Source: Eledone cirrhosa
Taxonomy: Eukaryota
Direction of reading: 5' to 3'
Length of the DNA: 64,000 nucleotides
NCBI GenBank assembly: GCA_964016885.1
Contig: OZ024758.1
Span: 3,410,001-3,474,000 of the forward strand
Part shown: in pieces, positions 41,921 to 55,936 of the stretch
How positions within the stretch are numbered: the first letter of the stretch is position 1
Layout: every line of letters begins with the position of its first letter
The notes under the pieces: generated by a model
Database searches by the model: none
Told to the model about the DNA's origin: nothing
What the model saw: only the letters and a program-made list of their open reading frames with translations
Made by a program: the position numbers and the translations under genes

Positions 41921-42968
41921 AAAAGTAATAAATAATGTCTTCCCATCTAGCTTTCTTTTCTCCGATAAAATGTCGTTCGTTGATGGAAATAAGCTGTAAA
42001 CAAGCGACTGAAATGCCTCTCAATTGAGATTCTGTCATTTTTTCTGAAGTTTTGCATTTATAATTGAAGGGATTGTAGTAATGAACATTCCAGGTGAGTT
42101 TTCAGTCCTGGATTTGCTATTGTTCATAATAGTGGTTCCTCATTTGTTACTAATTGTCAGAGATGGGGTGAGCGGGAAGGCGGAGAAAGTGACAGTGGGA
42201 GTTTGAATGCTTTGTGTTCGGACCTGGTGTATATTTTTCTGTTTCACAGACACACATTTCTGACAAGTACCCATATAATTCACAACATAAACTGCCATAT
42301 CTTGTGACCTAGCTATTAGAACATAAACTGTTATTTTAGCTATTAACAGAGTTTAATGTCACTTCTCAACCAAGATGGTATTTAAAGCAGCACTGTGGTA
42401 AAACGTTCTACATATGCTGTCATCTATGCATCTGACCCTACACTGTACACGTAAGGTAAAAACCCACCAAAACTTACCTCCTCTACTTCACCATGTTCCT
42501 CACAAGGTATAAATATATACAGTGCAAAAGAACCACCAGTTTCTTCAGACATCACTGTTTCTCTTTCCACTCAAACAAGAACAATAAACTATAGAACGAA
42601 ATCGGAGCAGTCTCTATAAATGTAAAATACAATGCAAATATAGACACGGGGATATATTTATACTACGATCAGATTTTACACATATAACATGACACTACTC
42701 AAATTAGCACCAACTACAACTTGTAAGTGAATCATAACAAAGAGTGAACTTACTATTCTACCAATCCCTAAAGAACATAAGATATAAAACAAACATAAAC
42801 GAACGGAACACGAAACATTCGACACGGTGATGTAAGCCATTAAACTGATACGCACATCAATAAAAATATACTAAAACGGAAAGCTAAAATAAGCCTTTTT
42901 TCATAATCTACTAGGAAACGATAAAATTGTAGGAAGCATGAGATGTAATACCAATGTATATCTTACTA

Positions 42969-43187
42969 CACCATAAACAGCACTAAATACTTAGACGAAT
43001 ATAGGTATATATCCTCAATGTAAAAGAGTTCAAAACTGATTTCTATATTATATAGTTCTTAATTTCTCTCTCTATCTCTATCTCCACCATAAACAGCACT
43101 AAATACTTTGAGGATATATACCTATATTCGTCTATGTAAAAGAGTTCAAAACTGATTTCTATATTTTATTAGTTCTTAATTTCTCTC
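42969..43187. repeat. 116-bp tandem duplication with internal 27-bp inversion
   Basis: CACCATAAACAGCACTAAATAC starts at 42969 and 43085. Confidence 0.92.
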
Positions 43188-43307
43188 GCTCTCGCTCTCG
43201 CTCTCGCTCTCTCTCTCTCTCTCATGTGATAAACAGGAGAGACTCCAGAGTAGTAAAACTGACTATTTAGCCATAATAAAATGAATATTAGTAACTTGTA
43301 GACATAT

Positions 43308-43445
43308 ATATAGATGAGATTCTAGAGGACTAGAACTGTTTCATTCTTTAGAAATCATCAGGAATCTCATCTATATTAAAACTTTGATACTCTGCAATGT
43401 ATTGAGTACCTTACTTACTGTGGTTACCTCCGATTCAACCCGGAA
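43308..43445. mobile_element. Family B element: hammerhead core on the minus strand (43308-43376), 3' body on the plus strand
   Basis: Minus strand: GATTC-CTGATGA-t ttc taaa gaa t-GAA-ACAG..CTCT-A-GAATC. Plus strand 43362-43445 matches the reverse complement of 1072-1155. Confidence 0.7.
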
Positions 43446-43505
43446 TAACGTATATGGATATGTAATGGCTGACTTGCTATAAAAAGTCGAACACTCAACA
43501 TCCTT

Positions 43506-43544
<39 letters not shown>

Positions 43545-43556
43545 AACATGTATGAC

Positions 43557-43584
<28 letters not shown>

Positions 43585-43587
<3 letters not shown>

Positions 43588-43779
43588 GGAAAAAGCATGA
43601 CCCTGATGGCAGAGCTCAAGCCGTTTCGACGTGTATTTCTGAGTCCAGAAATAGCCGTCGAAACGGCTTGAGTTCTGCCGTCGGGGTCATACTTTTTCCT
43701 ATTTCCCACTCTACCACCCTTAGTATTGAGTACTCTGGCGCGTTATGTTCCATCTGGTTCCTTACCACAATTCTTTGTT
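43585..43779 (+). mobile_element. Family A element with hairpin 43585-43702, in (TA)n
   Basis: ATAGGAAAAAGCATGACC...GGTCATACTTTTTCCTAT arms; centre TTCTG-AGTC-CAGAA. Confidence 0.88.
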
Positions 43780-43788
43780 ATATATATA

Positions 43789-43820
<32 letters not shown>

Positions 43821-43821
<1 letters not shown>

Positions 43822-44008
43822 ATTGTTTCTACTTTAGGCACAAGGCCAGCAATTACCCAGTGCATTACTTGTACTTTATTTTATCGACCCCGTAAGGATG
43901 AAAGGCAAAGTCAACCTCGGCGGGATTTGAACTCGGATCGTAAAGGGACGTAACTATGCTGGAAAGCATGGCGTACGACCCTTTACCGATACTGCCAATC
44001 CACCGCCC
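43821..44008 (-). mobile_element. Main SINE, full length
   Basis: Near-identical to the reverse complement of 23021-23208. Confidence 0.95.
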
Positions 44009-44103
<95 letters not shown>

Positions 44104-44168
44104 TCAGAAAGAAACTAATGCCAAATACATTCATAAAATTTTAGACAAATTATAATCTTTCTCTGTCT

Positions 44169-44216
<48 letters not shown>

Positions 44217-44737
44217 GTGCTGCCCCTTTGTTTATAGTGTCAAAGACTATATTCAGTTGTAAGTTGATGAGACTGTGATACTCATATATGATATTACTAC
44301 TACTCCCAAAGCTCTAACTGTAATGAAATATATTAGTTTTGTTTCGTATTCATGTCTGGAGATTTTATAGTAAGACTGTCTCTGAAGAAAAACTTTTGTT
44401 GATTCGTTTTCATATTTTCTATAGTTTAGGTCTTGACATAAGGTTGTGATTATCGATGAAATACATTGCAGACATCTATTGTAAACAAGTTATCTCTAAA
44501 ACAGCCACAATAGATGTACTGACGGCAGTGTTAGTCTCATGGCGGGTACTAGCTAGTGTATATTCTCTTGGATGTTATGATGTACATTTATCTATTCTAT
44601 GTATAAATCCAATCCTTAGTTTAAGAATTTCAATAAGAATATTACTGCCAACCACAATACAAATATCATATATCTTTTCGTTATGAGCGACACTATAAAC
44701 AATTATAAGGTGTGTAAATCTGAGCAGATCAATAGAA

Positions 44738-45563
44738 TAGTTATGGCTACTTTTGGCACAAGGCCAGTAATTGCCACAGTGCATAACTGATGTTTTATTT
44801 TATCGACTGCGTAAGGATGAAAGGCAAAGCTTGCCTCGGTGGGATTTGATCACAGACTGTAAACGTCCGTAGTTTTATGGTGCAAATCATAGCCTCCGAC
44901 CCTCTACCGATACTGCCAATCCCCCAGTGTTAGATCAATAAAATAATAATTTCTAGTATAGGCACAAGGGAGGGGAAAGTCGATTAAATCAATCCAGTGC
45001 ATTACTTGTACTTTATTTTATCGACCCCGTAAGGACGAAAGCTAAAGCTAACATCGGCGGGATTTCAACACAGACCGTACAGAGCCGTAACTCTATGCTG
45101 CAAAGCACGTCTTCCGACCATCTAAGTATACAGCCATTCCAACGCCCTAGATCAATAAAATAATAATTCCCAGTATAGGCACAAGGCCAGTGATTTGGGG
45201 GAGGGGAAAGTCGATTAAATCGACCCAGTACTTTATTTTATTGATCCCGTAAGGATGAAAGGCAAAGTTAACCTCGGCGGGATTTGAACACATAACATAA
45301 GGGGCCGTAACTCTAGGTTGCAATGCATGGTGTCCGTCCATTTACCGATACCGCCAATCGACCAACCTAGATCAAAATGTTAATTGTTTCTAGTTTTGGC
45401 ACCATGCCAGCAATAATCAGTCATTACTGGTACTTTATTTTATCGACCCCGTAAGGATGAAAGGCAAAGTTAACCTCGACGTGATTTGAACTCAGACCAT
45501 AAAGTGCCGTAACTCTATGCCTCAAAGCATGGCATCCGACCTTCTACCGATACTGCCAATCCA
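44738..45563 (-). mobile_element. Head-to-tail array of four main-SINE copies
   Basis: Copies at ~44738-44925, 44945-45147, 45160-45365 and 45383-45563, each preceded by AGATCAA. Confidence 0.9.
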
Positions 45564-47180
45564 CATAATGCCAACGTATTCCTGTGTACGATGTAATTGC
45601 AATGACACCAGATTAAGGTGTCATGCATAGTATCCTTACACGTAGACAGATATAAATTAGAGACAGTTTGAGAGAGAAAGAAAAATAAACAATGCATATA
45701 CGAAATAAATCTAAAAAAATGATATTAATACATCTTAATAATTATGGAAGCCACCTTTATTCTTTCAGTGATAGTATCTTTTAATTAAGGTAGCTTTCTA
45801 CATGGAAATTCAGAGGACTACAAATTGGTTGTACGTGTAAAAAATTGTTAAACTTTAGAGAATTAACAATTTCAAATTTCTAATTTAAGAATTTAATTAA
45901 CCTGCAGTGTAAGATAACAGTTTCAAGCGATTAAAATGGCATAGAAGTATCAGTTATATAACAGGATATTCTACATTTAATTAATACTACCAAATATTTC
46001 TTAGTATCTATATAATACTCTTAACTAAGATACTGAAATATCTTGGGTTATTAACTATTTACGAAAATATTATAAATTAGTGTTTTATTTTATTTATTAA
46101 TTTAACTTAATTTAATCATGATTAACTTGAGGTTGAAAGCTCAACCTCGAGTAATAAACGTATTCTGTTGCAGATATCTTCATATTACAAATTTTATTTG
46201 TTTTGTTTTATATTTGACAAAATCTGTCTACATAATTGTTTTAAGACGTAGCATTTGTGTAGGCGAATATCTGTTTCTTCCAACATGCACCTATATGTGT
46301 ATCATCTGGATATTACAAAACATGAGGAATATATCAAAATGTTCACTTAGTTCCTACTATACATTGTATGACAGAATAGGTCGTTACCTGATATTTACTG
46401 ATGATAGATCTACAGTATATATGTGGAAAATATGCGGAGATATTTTGGAAATTGAAATAAGGTTTATTCCAAAACAATAAGATTGCCCTAGGCCCAAAGC
46501 CCAATCACCCTCCCCCTTCACCCCTTGCCTCTCTTCTGCGACACCAGAGCGCTTCCCATCACCTCCCCTTCCCGTTCCTTTTCTTCTTTCTTTCTTTCTC
46601 GTTTTTTTTCTAGGTTTCCCTATTCTTTTATTCCTTTTGTTTCCTCTTTTTCATTTTTTCTTACTAAATTTTATTTCATTTTAAAAATAAACGCCTACAG
46701 ATATTTAAAAAAAGTTCGGCCTGACGAAATATCCCATGCTTTTGTTATCTTAATATTTCTTAGGTGAAGATATAATATAATGATGGAGAAAATAGCTAAT
46801 ATGCATATTCAATAAACAGTTACAGAGGTGTATGCATGTTTATTGCAAAGTGAATGCACATACATGCATGGCACCTTAAATCCAGAAGGAATCGTAGGTG
46901 CACCGTATTAACATACGTCTTTTCTCTGATATTTTAAACCCTGCTGGAGCGTAATTCCTTCGAGGGGGTGAAAGAAAGTAAGAGAATGGAGATAAGAATG
47001 GGATATAGTGGAAGGATTGACTACAGAACTAGATGTGATTTGAACTCGGACATCAGAGACTCGAAACAAATAACGCAAAGCTTTCTTATTGGACGTTCTA
47101 ATATATAATTAAGCATCAAAGAATTGCATATTAAACCATATACTATGCTTTGATATAAAAGGAACATATGATATCCTTGC

Positions 47181-47365
47181 TGGATTGGCAGTATCGCTAG
47201 AGGGTCGGACGCCATGCTTTGACGCATAGTTACGGCCCTTGCCATTCTGAGTTCAAATCCCGCCACGGTTAACTTTATTTTATCGACCCCGTAAGGATGA
47301 AAGGCAAAGTACCAGTAATGCACTGGTTAATTGCTGGCCTTGTGCCAAAAGTAGAAACAATTATT
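47181..47365 (+). mobile_element. Main SINE with internal 29-bp inversion
   Basis: Segment 47277-47305 is the reverse complement of the consensus core. Confidence 0.92.
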
Positions 47366-47789
47366 ATTTAAGTATCAGCCGAGAAAGTCAGGCAACGCTG
47401 GTTCAAATTCTTTAATCTCTCATGAGTGGAGATCGCTCAATAGGCGAGAAAATAGAATAGAAACAATATAGGTTTTGAGTGATGAATATTAACTGGAGAG
47501 GCTCATTTCTATATAGTACATAGAGATCTGCGACTGGTAACTTTCATTTGTATACAGATTGAATCTGGCTGACACTAGGACACGATCAAATGGCAGTAGA
47601 TCTAAGACAGTGTTGAGCATAGTGGGGATGTATATATATATTAAAATAATACAACTGGCTTTTTCACATAATACATATTGTTAGCACCCCAAACACTTAA
47701 ATTGGGTTTATATTAAAATATAACCTAATGTTTGTTGAGTGAGATGGTTACCAGTCAGAGATTAGCTTGAAACTATCTCTGTTATTGTA

Positions 47790-47835
<46 letters not shown>

Positions 47836-47848
47836 CGTGGTGTGTGTG

Positions 47849-47887
<39 letters not shown>

Positions 47888-49379
47888 AGCGTGAATCTAA
47901 AAATAATATCATTTGTACTGCCTCTCGGTTTTTTGTTCTCTGTTCATTTATTCAACTATATATATATATATATAATATATATATACCTGCTAGTGCACGA
48001 AACGAAAAGCCCTATGTGGTAACTGGTTTAAATGATATTTATGTAAATTATTACGCTTGGATTGTTTATACGGAATATGTGTGAATATGCCTGATACGAA
48101 AGTAAATTATATATATAAGAAATTTGCATTTCTAAGATCCGCCAAATCTGAGCGTTTTTGCTTAGCATATATATTCCACAGCAAACATGTAAATCCATAA
48201 TATAAAAGAATATGTATTTGTTTACCTGAAAAATATATGGTTAATAGAATTATTTTGAAAATACGGGGTAAAGAGAATTATATCCACCACCGAAAAGAAA
48301 TCTCTCAAGGAAAAAAAAAAAAAAAAAAAAAAAAAGGAAGTAATTTTGATTTCCTTCAATTGTGTGTTTTAGAAGTATTGTGTTGTGTCTATATGTGGTG
48401 AGAATCTGGATATTAACATCTATAAAAGGGTATTATAAACAAAATCTAAGGATGCATATTTAGGAATATTTCCTGAGAGATTTATGAAAAGAGGAGTTAT
48501 TGTGAGTTTCTATACTTAAGAAGTCATATCAATAAAATTTGCCTGAGAATTAATAGTTCTGGGAATTCTTAAGTCACTATGGCCTTATCATTTATTTAAT
48601 ATCTTGTTTTGATGTATACATACGTATATGTCCTGAAAAATATTATTATGTCAAGAAGCTTTCAACAATTGCATTTTTTCTTTAGTTTTCTTTATATCAG
48701 CTATTTATAAATAATACATAAATTGTGTTATATTATTGTTTCCTATTCGATATTTCTGCTTCTGCGTTTCTTGCTGTTATTGCTTCGAGCAATTTCTATT
48801 ACAATTATTCAGATGGAAATTGCTGTTTTCTGCACCATTTTTACTTCAACATATTTGTCACTTCTATAAATTTATTCATAAACATATATTTCCATTTTGG
48901 CACTTCATATAAATACATGCATTTTGTTGACAACGCCACTATTCAACGTGTCAACTGATCAAACGTTTCATAATTTATAGCCATGATAGAGTGCTTGATT
49001 GATGTTGAGGTATTTATGCGTATAATGCAGATAATTTTTACAGTTTGTGAAAGATATATGAAATACAAAAGAAAGAATTTCACATAGGCAATCAAGGAAA
49101 GTACCTTCGAATAGATAAATCAAACCATGTTCTGAGATGTTTATATTAGGCAGAAGAATGCCGGACAATTTTCTCTTATAAGTAGGGGACCAAAAACATG
49201 TGATGTTCATATTATCAACGCCTGCTAACATAATCCCATTAAACATTTGTTAAGTTGTGTAATTCATTTTATTTTATTTAATAATTGGAAACTTGCAAAT
49301 GATAAATCCGGCTTTTATTTATTCTATGTATTCTTTCGATTTAGAGCTTGTGTCCTTCAGTTTAAAATCTCTGGAACAC

Positions 49380-49620
49380 TGTGGTAGATGTATTTGTTCA
49401 GGTACTATTCGGTGTTTTACAGCTATGCATGAAATTCTTTGGTTAAAGTTTATATAAGTATTACTTTCGTAAGGAAAATGATAGACCAGCTAAGTGGAGG
49501 AGTTTTCGCTAAATTTCTCGGTTACTTAGCTAATTGTCTGTTGTTGTAATAGTTCAAGTCATAAAAATATTCCCCCAAGAAGTAATCAGCTAAATCTATT
49601 TCTTTATAGAAATAGAAAAC
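49380..49620 (-). pseudogene. Highly degenerate Penelope-like ORF remnant (region between RT and GIY-YIG)
   Basis: Broken minus-strand translation ..NIF...RKLLHL..HFP...LYKL....HSC resembles the PLE motif 'NIIWFNPP..FL.L..KHFP....L.KIFN....SYSC'. Many stops and frameshifts. Confidence 0.35.
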
Positions 49621-49893
49621 TGTTGTAATCTTTTCTCGCGAAATATAAAATTATTCTAAATGCATAATATTGATAGAGCAGGTGTCCATATAAATATTGA
49701 TTTCTCAACTGATGATTGTGTCAAACGTATGAAAATTATTCTAATATCTATTGTGATTGTGATACATATGCATTTTATAAATTTGTGAGGCATTTGATAT
49801 TATAGTGGGTGGTGAGATATTTGGCCACCTCATGGCGCAAACATCAAGCTCTTTTATGAGCCTCTTTTTCTGGTTTACCGTTTGTAGTATTGA

Positions 49894-49925
<32 letters not shown>

Positions 49926-49950
49926 ATATATACGTATATATATATGTATG

Positions 49951-49984
<34 letters not shown>

Positions 49985-50010
49985 TGTATGTATGTATGTA
50001 TATATGTATG

Positions 50011-50486
50011 TTCTTCTGGTTTTATAATTTCACAAAGTTTTACCAATACAGAGAGAGTCGGTTTCTAACATAGACAAGACTCTCTCATTGGAATTTACAC
50101 AAGATCAACTAGGTAGGTTTGTATGTATGAATGCATGTATAGATATGGATGTTATTGTATGTGTGGATGTGTATGTTTTGAGTTGTATGTGTGCATGTGT
50201 ATATGCTTTGAATCTGTATATGTGTATATGCAGTTATTAGATGCAAAACTTTTGGAATGTTTTACATATTTTTACTGTTCCATTAATGGATTGTACTTGT
50301 AGTTTCCTAACTAGTTGTGTTCTTTCTGTTCCTGTGATGCCTAGCTTCTCAATATTTGAAAAGAGGCAGTTACTAACATATCTCAGTGCCCCAATAATCA
50401 TTGGCATAAATCTGAAGGTGTAATCAGGGTGGAGTATCTGAAGATTTCTCATCAGTTCTGCATAAATGTTTTCCTTTTCACTAATC
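50011..50486 (-). mobile_element. R4/Dong-like REL-endonuclease LINE, 5'-truncated 3' end
   Basis: ORF 50237-50452 (MRNLQILHPDYTFRFMPMIIGALR..LVRKLQVQSINGTVKICKTF) and its 3' UTR are homologous to 63198-63831. Confidence 0.85.
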
Positions 50487-50666
50487 GTGTATGTATGTAT
50501 GTATGTATGTATGTATGTATGTCAATAATTGTCACAAGTGCAGTGTTTGTACCAGAGTTTTCAAGTAGCTGGCTGGAGTAAAAGGTCACACTCGTTCAGT
50601 GCATGGGTAGGGGTTCTCCTACATGGATATAAAGTAGTGGCCGTACTCGAAAACGAGTTGGCAGCC

Positions 50667-50722
<56 letters not shown>

Positions 50723-51379
50723 CAAAGGAACGAGTGACTGAAAGAGTTACAAGCCGTTAAAACATATATTTATATAGTTCTTACATATATATATGTAACA
50801 TTTTCGAGGCATTGCAGTTACAACATAACAAGAATCACCCCATTGCTGAGCAATTCATATTATATCTCTCCTCAATATCCTAGATCTACACAATAGATTA
50901 CAAAAGAGCTGACAGACATCCTAAATTCATTCTCTTATTCGATAATGTGGGAAAGATTTAGCTCCAGTAAACATTTCATAGCAAACAGAACGTCAGTTTT
51001 GATATCAAATACAGTGATTACATAGCACGTGTAACATATTTTCCCTGATTCTTTTAAAATGCTTAAAAATCAAACAATATACAAAATCAAAAGACAAAAT
51101 TTACCAAATTCAAACCGTATATTGAAATGTGTACATGACTCTTTTGTAAAGAGATACAAAAGAAATTTCTCTAGAAAACTTAAAACCTTTTTGTAAACTG
51201 GGAGGACATATTGCGCAATAGCTTTTATTATACAGAAAGGCAGTAACGTCGTGATCGGAATATGTTACGTAATATATGTGACAGTGTATCTAGCGATAAC
51301 AACAAAAACGGTGACAGATAATTCTGTCTAGCACACAATCTCTTCTTTCCTGATGAATAATGAATTGAATACAACAAGG

Positions 51380-51740
51380 AATCGTGTATATGAACCATTT
51401 TCCAAATACAAGACCAGAATATACAATTAATGTTTGGATCTATTCCCTCACACTCTTTCCCTAGCCTATACCGACACTACTCCCCACCCCCTCTCTCTTC
51501 CTGAAAAACTTCATACGGATATAACATCGTATTAGATATTTTAATTATATCTCATATCCGATCAAAACCATATTCATTAACAGGACAACTGAGTCAAACA
51601 TAACATACTTAGAGTAATACGAACTCCATCCTCTGATGCCATTATCAAATATAACACCAAATATATTCAAATATGAAATCAAAGCACACTCTCAACACAT
51701 TTCAACATGGAAAACTTACATATGACCCTAACAACACTGC
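51380..51740 (+). pseudogene. Possible degenerate Penelope-like GIY-YIG-region remnant
   Basis: A/C-rich stretch with fragments such as GQ.E.. and KYE..STLSTH resembling PLE endonuclease C-termini; no intact frame. Confidence 0.25.
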
Positions 51741-52443
51741 CAAACCACCGCCCTTTACGTATGATGACTATTTACATATAGTGGGAACTCTTTCGACTAC
51801 GATTATTTAACAGTAACGCTAAGATAGTTCGGTTTATTTTAGACGAGTGTATGAAGGTATATACGTTATTTGTGATTACAATAAACATCCATGCATTTCA
51901 ATAAGAATATTTTAAGCTGTGATTATCTGACAGATATCTCAGTAAATGTGAGAATGTAAGATAACGTTTCTTTCTGGTTTTTAATTGCCATTAAAACTGT
52001 TACATTTACTCACCCAATACGGAGAGAAGCATATGCTATAGATTAAATAATATTTTGGCTATGAAACAGCGAGGTTTTTGTCAACTACATTCCATTGAGA
52101 TCATATTCATGAATTTGAAGTAACGAGAGACGACAATTGTCCAATGTTTCCTGCACCGAGATCAAACCCAGAAACAGGTATGAAGCATGATGTTAACATT
52201 ATTTTCTAATGCATGTAGAATGGGAATAGAGATCAAACATGGTAGGGTTTAATATTAAGGGTCATTTGGAGGATACGCTTGAAATATCTGCGGACCAGCA
52301 CTTTCATGATCGGCGAAGACCTTAAGTTACCTACTATCACTAGCAGTGACAGAGATCTGGGACTGATCGAATGCCATTTAAGGCTTCACCTAGCAGTCAA
52401 GTGCTAGAGAAACCTTCCAAATATAGTATTAAAATTAAATATG

Positions 52444-52562
52444 AGTAGTAGTAGTTGTGGTGGTGGCGGTGGTAGTGGCGGTAGTGGTAATGGTAGTGTT
52501 AGTGGTAGTAGTGGTGGTGGTGGTGATAGTGGTAGTAGTGGTGGTGGTAGTAGTTAGTTAGT
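52444..52562. repeat. (GGT/AGT)n trinucleotide tract
   Basis: Directly visible. Confidence 0.9.
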
Positions 52563-53347
52563 TTTGTTCTACGGAACGCTTCTCGCGTAAACATGTTTTG
52601 CATCTGCGTGGCGTTGTGACGCTTCCACCAATATTACCAAACCATTAGTATTATATATTGTTTTAGAATTCTTTCTTGTTTTTCTTCCAGTCAATACTTA
52701 TTCCTTTTTATCAATCTATTGTTGTTTTCTTCTTTTTCCTGTGTTTAAAATCTTGCGCATTATTATTGCTTAATGACTCCTAATATCCATAACATATAGA
52801 CCGCCATAGCACATAACAAAATAAAATGAATATATCTGTTTGCGCTTTAGTATTCATAATTATCCATAGATATTTCCTGTTTTAATAAAAACAAAACTTA
52901 CTTATTCTGACGTTATACACTCTTTTATTCAACATTTTATTCGTTTCTGCAGAGATATTTTCTTCATTTTCTCATATATAATAAATATCATTACGGCGTA
53001 TTCTTCTGGATGAAAACAGTATGATATGTAATAAACAATAGCTGTAAAATCCGCTATGTATATCTCAAAGAATCTATTCTCTTACACGGCGTGTTTTGTA
53101 CTAGTAAGGTAAGTTATGTGAACAGTTGAGGAAATACTTCATTCATCATCATTTATCGAACTTTGGCTAAACTCACCTAAATCTCAGTTTCAAATCCGGT
53201 TTGTCGTCATCGGTAATCATTCTTCTAAGTGAATTAATTTAATAATTAAGAAAATACACATGCTTTTTATGATGCTGTTTGCTTGCAAACAAATCCAATG
53301 TTAATAATATTTTGAATCTATTAGAATATAATTATATCACTTACGAA

Positions 53348-53508
53348 GGGCGGTGGATTAGCAGTATTGGTAGAGGGTCGGACACCATTATTTGCAGCAT
53401 AGAGTGACGGCCCTTTATGATCTGTGTTCAAATCCCATCGGGGTTGACTTTGCCTTTCATCCTTATGAAGTCGATAAAATAAAGTATCAGTAATGCACTG
53501 TGATAATT
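53348..53508 (+). mobile_element. Main SINE, 3' end lost in a microsatellite
   Basis: Consensus match up to GATAATTGC. Confidence 0.88.
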
Positions 53509-53509
53509 G

Positions 53510-54153
53510 CATATATATATATATATGTATATACATATATCATATATGTATATATATATATATATATATCACATATGTATATATATATATATATATATAT
53601 CACATATGTATATATATATATATATATATCATATATGTATATATATATATCATATATGTATATATATATATCATATATGTATGTATATATATATATATCA
53701 TATATGTATGTATATATATATATATCATATATGTATATATATATATATATATATATCATATATATATATATATCACATATGTATATATATATATATCACA
53801 TATGTATATATGTATATATATATATATCATATATGTATATATATATATATATATATCATATATATATATATATCACATATGTATATATATATATATCACA
53901 TATGTATATATGTATATATATATATCACATATGTATATATATATATATATATATATCACATATGTATATATGTATATATATATATCACATATGTATATAT
54001 ATATATATCACATATGTATATATATATATATCACATATGTATATATATATATATCACATATGTATATATATATATATCACATATGTATATATATATATAT
54101 ATCACATATGTATATATATATATATCACATATGTATATATATATATATATCAC

Positions 54154-54200
<47 letters not shown>

Positions 54201-54560
54201 ATATGTATATATATATATATATCACATATGTATATATATCACATATGTATATATATATATATATATATATCACATATGTATATATATATATATATATATA
54301 TATCACATATGTATATATATATATATATATCACATATGTATATATATATATTTATATATATATGTATATATATATATTTATATATATATGTGTGTGTGTG
54401 TATATATGTATATATATACATCGTATATGTATATTTATATTTTTATATATATGTATATATATATATTTATATATATATGTGTGTGTGTGTATATATGTAT
54501 ATATATACATCGTATATGTATATTTATATTTTTATATATATATATATATAATATATATCA
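53510..54560. repeat. (TA)n-CACATATG minisatellite, ~1 kb
   Basis: CA(C/T)ATATG unit repeated with variable TA spacers. Confidence 0.95.
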
Positions 54561-55171
54561 TACATACGTAATTCCTATTCAATACAATCATTTATAAAAT
54601 TTGCCTTGCCAATTATTAACAGTAAAATAAAATTGTATTCTAATTGCTTCTTATTATGTATAACAGTAATTATTACAGTTGAAAGTAATTTTCATCGCTC
54701 GTGAACTAATTAATTATGGCCTGGCGAACCACATTAAAAATAAACAGATATAAAAGCAAACGTACTTAGATTTTCCCATTAGAATTTTGCAAGCAATTTT
54801 ATTTGAAATGAACAGATTTTACATATAGTAATTATAAAAATATTTTTTATCTTCTATTATGTTTAGTACCAACGCTAGTGCTATATTCTAGCTCTCAAAA
54901 CAATTAAACATTATTTACGTGAATTATGCAAAAGGTAGTTAAAGTTAAAGAAAGTAAAAATGAAACAAACATATGTTGTAATTTCTTCTATTTTTAATTA
55001 GATAAATGTTCTCGTCTATATTTATTTTCGTCCTCACTTTTTATTAAATAGTTTATTCAGAGAAATGCCATCTATGACTCGATCTACATTATTAATGATT
55101 TCTATAATCAAATAAAAGCATACAGGACATTTGTAATTGTGTTATTGACTGTTAGACGCTGTGTCTGTATT

Positions 55172-55712
55172 TCAATGTTTAAACAATCTTTAAACCTGCC
55201 AGCATATATACATATATATATAAATTTGAGCGAATTCCGTCAGTTCATCAAACAATGAGTAAGTATTGTTTGTGTTTGTGCGTTTATATTTATATACTCA
55301 TACATTTAAATGCATGCATATGCACATAAACATATGTATATGAACATAAACACATACATGTCAGCGTGTTGTAAAACATCCATATATGATTATATTTCAC
55401 CTCAAATGTTGATTCGTTTGGCGAAAGAAACAAACATTATATCAATGTTTAAACAATCTTTAAACCTGCCAGCATATATACATATATATATAAATTTAAG
55501 CGAATTCCGTCAGTTCATCAAACAATGATTGAGTATTGTTTGTGTTTGTGCGTTTATATTTATATACTCATACATTTAAATGCATGCATATGCACATAAA
55601 CATATGTATATGAACATAAACACATACATCTCAGCGTGTTGTAAAACAACCATATATGATTATATTTCACTTCTAATGTTGATTCGTTTGACGAAAGAAA
55701 CAAACATTATAT
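55172..55712. repeat. 270-bp tandem duplication
   Basis: TCAATGTTTAAACAATCTTTAAACCTGCC at 55172 and 55442, with few mismatches. Confidence 0.93.
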
Positions 55713-55757
55713 CTGTATTTGAATTTTAGAATATTTAAAAATTATTTTAACCTGCAA

Positions 55758-55936
55758 TTGGCAGTATCGGTAGAGGGTCGGACGCCATGCTTTGACGTAT
55801 AATTACGGCCCTTGCCATTCTGAGTTCAAAACCCGCCGAGTTTAAATTTGCCTTTCATCCTTACGGGGTCGATAAAATAAAGTACCAGTAATACACTGGG
55901 TAATTGATGGCCTTGTGCCAAAAGTAGAAACAATTA
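55758..55936 (+). mobile_element. Main SINE with 19-bp TSD
   Basis: AATTATTTTAACCTGCAAT at 55740-55758 and 55932-55950. Confidence 0.95.

Noticed and set aside
42240-42910. A/C-rich stretch suggestive of a decayed Penelope ORF
   Set aside because: Only weak fragments (e.g. KRKAKISLF) are visible, too degraded to support a call.
44738-45563. CRISPR-like or satellite-like regular repeats
   Set aside because: The units are SINE copies in a eukaryotic context; there is no repeat-spacer structure or cas gene.
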